Of a DNA stretch of 10,129 bases, positions 7,164 to 10,129 are shown in pieces. Every line of letters begins with the position of its first letter. Within the stretch, counting starts at the first letter, position 1. The stretch is from an uncultured delta proteobacterium (GTDB lineage: Bacteria; RBG-13-61-14; DRUE01): contig CAIUDS010000675.1 in the NCBI GenBank assembly GCA_903897985.1, positions 1 to 10,129 on the forward strand, given 5' to 3'. The position numbers were made by a program, and so were the translations under genes. The notes beneath the pieces were generated by a model that worked only from the letters and a program-made list of their open reading frames with translations, made no database searches and was not told where the DNA came from.

Positions 7164-7602
7164 TCTCGGGAAGCAGATAGCGTTTGAGCTTGGGCAACTC
7201 GGGAAATTGGTCGAGGTCAATTCCTCTCTCCAACGCAAAATCGGCGGCCGGGAGCCGGATGAGTTTGATGTCTTTGCTTTTGCCGCGATTCTGCATTCTT
7301 TTTACAACGGGATCGAGAATATTTTTTCGCGGATTGCCAACGAACTTGACGGCGGAACCCCCGATGGATCCAACTGGCATAGAGACTTGCTGTCCTCGAT
7401 GTCTAAGCCTGGGAGTCGTCGAGGAAGCGTAATCACTCAAGAACTGGCTGAAGAGTTAAACGACTACCTGACCTTTCGACATCTTTTTCGCAGCATCTAT
7501 TCTTTTGAACTGAAGTGGGAAAGAATGAGAAAATTGGTTATGGACATGGAGAGGGTATTTAGAGAATTTGAAAAACAATTAGCGAACTTTAAAGCAGACT
7601 AA
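7153..7602 (+). CDS. HEPN-domain / HI0074-family nucleotidyltransferase-substrate-binding protein (putative toxin partner of the MNT). The catalytic His of the Rx4-6H motif is apparently replaced: RHLFRSIY.
   Basis: A GTG start at 7153 is preceded by a GGAGAG Shine-Dalgarno. It overlaps the MNT stop by 11 nt, a TA-like arrangement. The helical, about 149-aa product reads VSVDLGKQIAFELGQLGKL...FAFAAILHSFYNGIENIFSRIANEL...YLTFRHLFRSIYSFE. This is collinear with HI0074 as recalled (ALFQLEQGL...IQRFEYTLDLSWKTLRRVL...FHEARNKTAHTYD). The listed ORF start at 7093 is a TTG deep inside the MNT gene. Confidence 0.55.
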   Translation: MSVDLGKQIAFELGQLGKLVEVNSSLQRKIGGREPDEFDVFAFAAILHSFYNGIENIFSRIANELDGGTPDGSNWHRDLLSSMSKPGSRRGSVITQELAEELNDYLTFRHLFRSIYSFELKWERMRKLVMDMERVFREFEKQLANFKAD

Positions 7603-7608
7603 TCCGCT

Positions 7609-7830
7609 TTACTTGTCATTCTTCCCCAGCGCCATATACACCCCTCCCCCAATCAGGGCGGCGCCGATCAGGAACCTTGGGGTCATGGGATCGTGGAAGA
7701 CCGGGCTGGCAAGGGGGATGCCCACCAGGGGCTGGATCATGATGGAGATGCCGACCCGGTGGGAGGCGCGCCGGCTGAGCGCCTGGTAGTAAATCCAATA
7801 TCCGATGGAGGTCGCGATGCTGTGCCGCTT
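7609..7830 (-). pseudogene. 3' fragment of an EamA/DMT-superfamily transporter gene (about 73 C-terminal codons). The 5' part of the gene is missing.
   Basis: The minus-strand frame reads KKRHSIATSIGYWIYYQALSRRASHRVGISIMIQPLVGIPLASPVFHDPMTPRFLIGAALIGGGVYMALGKNDK*. This is the typical C-terminal EamA-domain pattern (Q.L...........P..........E.....IGa.LI..Gvy). A stop (TAA) lies immediately upstream in frame at 7831-7833. Only about 140 nt separate it from the next gene, so a full transporter of about 300 aa cannot fit. Confidence 0.5.
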
Positions 7831-7973
7831 CTTTTACCCTTAAAACCTAACTTAACCACCTGTCCAGTTTTGGGGGGAAGCTCAGTTCGCAGACAAGAGG
7901 GTCTGCGGCCCCTAGAAGAGCGCGCGCAGCACGAATGCCTGCGCAATTAATGCTCGCACATCAATGCTCGTCG

Positions 7974-9116
7974 CTAGGCTTCATGCTCATGCTCGGCGGG
8001 AAAGATGGGCAGGATTTTGGCGGCGACGATGAAAATAATGACGCCGAGGGTAAGGATCATGAAGGTGATGGAGATTTCCTGCCAGGTCGGGAAATAGCGG
8101 GCATGGCTCTGCAGGAGGAACCCGACGATGGTGAAATTAAGTCGGTTCATGAACAACCCGAGCACGGCCAGGACCGCGGCGATACGGAACCCGATGCGGG
8201 AGTTGCGGACCGCGGGGATGGCGAGGAGGACGATGGGGAGGATGACGCCCGGAATGGTTTCCAGGCCGAGCCAGAAGGCGGCTTGGGGATCATTCGCCAG
8301 CAGGGTCCATTTGCCCAAGCGGGTGAAATCGGCGCAGAGGATAATGAGATATGCGGCGAGGGTCCCAAGCAGGAGTTTGGCCAGGGCTTTGACCAGTTCG
8401 GGCGAGAACCTCCAGTGAACGAATTTTTCGGCCATGAAGAGTTCCATAACGAGGAACCCGAGTCCGCCGGGGAGTGCGGAAGCCAGGAAGATGAGGGGCA
8501 TCCAAGAGGAATACCAGATGGGGGACATTTTTTCGCTGGCGATGAGGAAAATGGTCCCGATGGATGACTGGTGCAGGGTTGAGAGGACGGCGCCGAGGAG
8601 GGCAAGCAGGACCACCAAACCTTTGAGCCGGTCGGCGATTTTTTTCCAGCCGACACCCTCGGTAAAGGGGATGGCCATTTCCATACCGAGCACGGCCACA
8701 TAAGTCCCGATGCACCAGGCGGTCTCCAACATGGCGGAATGGATGTTCCAGTAGATGAGCGGGTGCCAGAAATGGAGCGGGAGTCCGAGGTCGTAGATGA
8801 GTTCGACCGCGACCAGGGAGTATCCGACAAAGGCGGTGAGCACCGCGGCGCGGACGATGGAATGGAAGCGCTCGTAGTGGAACAGATAGACCACCGCGGC
8901 GAGGATGAACCCGCCGGCGCTGAGTCCGACCCGGGTCAGGGTGAACCAGATCCAGAGTCCCCAAGGCACGGAGTCGGAAAGATGGGTGGTGGCGCCCAGG
9001 CCCCTTGAGAAGCGGAGCCAAGTGGCATAAAGCCCGACCGCGAAGATGGCCAGGACCGCGAGTCCGATCGCCGCGGTCGAGATCCGAGTGAGCGGCTTGC
9101 TGTTATTATTTGCCAT
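7974..9116 (-). CDS. NrfD/PsrC-family polytopic membrane subunit (quinone-interacting membrane anchor of NrfCD/PsrBC/DsrOP/HybAB-type modules)
   Basis: The 380-aa protein has multiple TM helices. Its N-terminal family signature is LSDSVPWGLWIWFTLTRVGLSAGGF (compare PsrC/NrfD: DSVPWGL...F.GLSAGA). Its start overlaps the upstream FeS gene's stop by 11 nt. Confidence 0.8.
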   Translation of the reverse strand: MANNNSKPLTRISTAAIGLAVLAIFAVGLYATWLRFSRGLGATTHLSDSVPWGLWIWFTLTRVGLSAGGFILAAVVYLFHYERFHSIVRAAVLTAFVGYSLVAVELIYDLGLPLHFWHPLIYWNIHSAMLETAWCIGTYVAVLGMEMAIPFTEGVGWKKIADRLKGLVVLLALLGAVLSTLHQSSIGTIFLIASEKMSPIWYSSWMPLIFLASALPGGLGFLVMELFMAEKFVHWRFSPELVKALAKLLLGTLAAYLIILCADFTRLGKWTLLANDPQAAFWLGLETIPGVILPIVLLAIPAVRNSRIGFRIAAVLAVLGLFMNRLNFTIVGFLLQSHARYFPTWQEISITFMILTLGVIIFIVAAKILPIFPAEHEHEA

Positions 9117-9864
9117 CGAATTCCTTCTTTCTGAGCAGGGCCTCGAGCGCGGCGACTTCGTTGCGTCTCTTGGAAAGCCACCAGATCCCGCAGAGCATGG
9201 TCCCCACGCCGAAGCCCACGAAGGGGACCTGGTTATGGGCGGCCGCGGTGAGGTCGGGCAGGGGCGTTTTGATGGTCGGATAGATCAGGGCTTTCTTCAC
9301 GATCACCGGGCTGGTGATGATCAGGATGGACGAACCACCGCCTTCGGTCTCGCCGAAGACCTTGGGGAAATACCATTGGGGTTCGGCCTCGAGCCGGGCA
9401 TGGGCCTCCTTCAGCAGTTCCTCGCGCTCGCCGAAGACCGTGGCCTCCGCGGGACAGGCGTCGGCGCAGGCCGTGGCTTCTCCTTGCTTCTGCTTCTCGA
9501 CGCAGAAGTCGCACTTGCGCACCTGCGGCCGCGTGGAATTCCACTGGTAGCGCGGAATCCGGTAGGGGCAGGCCACAAAACAATAGCGGCAGCCAATGCA
9601 CTTGTTCGCGTCATAGACCACCGGGCCTTCCGCAGTCTTCTTGAGCGCGCCCACCGGGCACGACGAGGCGCAGGCCGGCTTGAGACAATGGCGGCAGAAA
9701 TCCCGAACCTTATAGCCGTCCACCCGCTTCACGACCGTGAAATTGTCCGCGTCCAGATCGGTGGGGTTCAATTTGCCTGACAGATGGTGGGCTTCCCGAC
9801 ACGCCTCGCTGCAATTGCCGCAACCGATGCAAAGCCTGGAATCAAACAGAATGCCTTTACTCAT
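9106..9864 (-). CDS. 4x[4Fe-4S] ferredoxin-type iron-sulfur subunit (PsrB/NrfC/DmsB/HybA-like) with a C-terminal TM anchor and no N-terminal Tat signal
   Basis: Four Cys clusters: CIGCGNCSEAC; CRHCLKPACASSCP; CIGCRYCFVACP; CDFCVEKQ...CADACP. The N-terminus MSKGILFDSRLCIGCGNC is DmsB/PsrB-like. The C-terminal hydrophobic helix is VPFVGFGVGTMLCGIWWLS, followed by basic residues. The Shine-Dalgarno AAGGATAGGAG precedes the ATG. Confidence 0.85.
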   Translation of the reverse strand: MSKGILFDSRLCIGCGNCSEACREAHHLSGKLNPTDLDADNFTVVKRVDGYKVRDFCRHCLKPACASSCPVGALKKTAEGPVVYDANKCIGCRYCFVACPYRIPRYQWNSTRPQVRKCDFCVEKQKQGEATACADACPAEATVFGEREELLKEAHARLEAEPQWYFPKVFGETEGGGSSILIITSPVIVKKALIYPTIKTPLPDLTAAAHNQVPFVGFGVGTMLCGIWWLSKRRNEVAALEALLRKKEFDGK

Positions 9865-9926
9865 GCTCCTATCCTTTCTACTGCTTACCCTGAAGTTAGC
9901 CTTGAGATTCCAGCGCCACTATTTAA

Positions 9927-9984
9927 TAATTTAGCCATATTAGCGCATATGTCAAGCTAAAAATTTTGAGTTGCCCCCGGTTTT
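9927..9984 (-). promoter_or_regulatory. Copy C of the upstream motif (minus-strand reading AAAACCGGGGGCAACTCAAAATTTTTA) followed after 2 nt by a sigma70-like promoter (TTGACA at 9950-9955, N16-17, TAAATT) for the FeS/NrfD operon
   Basis: Motif, spacing and -35 hexamer have the same architecture as copy B at 3895-3931. The leader to the ATG at 9864 is about 55 nt. Confidence 0.45.
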
Positions 9985-10052
9985 ATTGGACACGGAATTG
10001 GGTTAAACTTGTCCTCGTGGAAACGGGGATTGGGTTCAGGAGGAAAGGCGGC

Positions 10053-10129
10053 ATGAAACGAGAGGAGCTGAAGGAAAAGGGTGCAACGGGCGCAACGGAG
10101 CGAGGGCGTAGCCCGAGCGGAGTTGCGCC
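10053..10129 (+). CDS. 5' end of a divergently transcribed gene of unknown function (MKREELKEKGATGATERGRSPSGVA...)
   Basis: ATG at 10053, preceded by a CAGGAGG Shine-Dalgarno (10037-10043). The ORF runs off the window, so no functional call is made. Confidence 0.4.
   Translation, partial: MKREELKEKGATGATERGRSPSGVA

Noticed and set aside
7860-7905. tRNA-like fragment (AGCTCAGTT resembles a D-loop, and GCAGAC-aagagg-GTCTGC resembles an anticodon stem-loop)
   Set aside because: There is no complementary D-stem partner. The loop lacks U33 and the 7-nt anticodon-loop pattern. There is no T-arm (GTTCRANYC) or acceptor stem. It is most likely a chance hairpin in junction DNA.
7950-8000. Short direct repeats of ATGCTCG / ATGCTC (4 copies)
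   Set aside because: Two copies encode the His-Glu-His-Glu C-terminus of the NrfD-like protein and the others are 7-mers. This is too short and irregular for a CRISPR array or a meaningful tandem repeat.
9984-10002. Possible sigma54 promoter (TTGGACACGGAATTGGG, compare TGGCAC-N5-TTGC)
   Set aside because: The GG/GC spacing is off by one and the -12 TTGC is absent. No enhancer-binding-protein context is visible.

Overview
This 10.1-kb window is mostly high-GC (about 57-70%) bacterial chromosome, with one AT-rich three-gene cassette embedded in it. Reading 5' to 3':

- **Minus-strand glycoside-hydrolase operon (1-3672).** A full-length secreted GH31 alpha-glucosidase-family gene (1249..3672) is followed by a TrmJ-like SPOUT RNA 2'-O-methyltransferase (528..1235). 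After that comes the N-terminal part of a second GH31 paralog (1..493) that runs off the window edge.
- **Divergent intergenic region (3673-4014).** It holds two copies of a roughly 28-bp motif arranged as an inverted repeat. Each copy lies immediately 5' of a -35-like hexamer. Three tandem GC-rich palindromes sit between the two copies.
- **Flotillin-like gene (4015..5970, +).** It encodes a 652-aa protein with an N-terminal TM helix, an SPFH/band-7 region, a coiled coil and an EA/AKG-rich tail.
- **AT-rich cassette (6049-7602, about 45% GC, +).** Three tightly coupled genes: a 6-TM membrane protein of unknown family, a minimal nucleotidyltransferase (MNT, GS-x10-DLD motif), and a HEPN / HI0074-like partner whose predicted His position carries Ser. 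This is the best candidate for a previously undescribed toxin-antitoxin-like or defense-like module.
- **Transporter remnant (7609..7830, -).** A 5'-truncated EamA/DMT-type transporter fragment.
- **Redox module (7974..9864, -).** A translationally coupled pair: a 4x[4Fe-4S] ferredoxin subunit with a C-terminal TM anchor, then an NrfD/PsrC-family integral membrane subunit. No catalytic subunit is encoded in the window. Its promoter region carries a third copy of the same upstream motif.
- **Start of a divergent plus-strand gene (10053..).**

Many long ORFs in the six-frame track are antisense artifacts of the high-GC coding regions. All functional assignments rest on motif and sequence recall, not on database searches.
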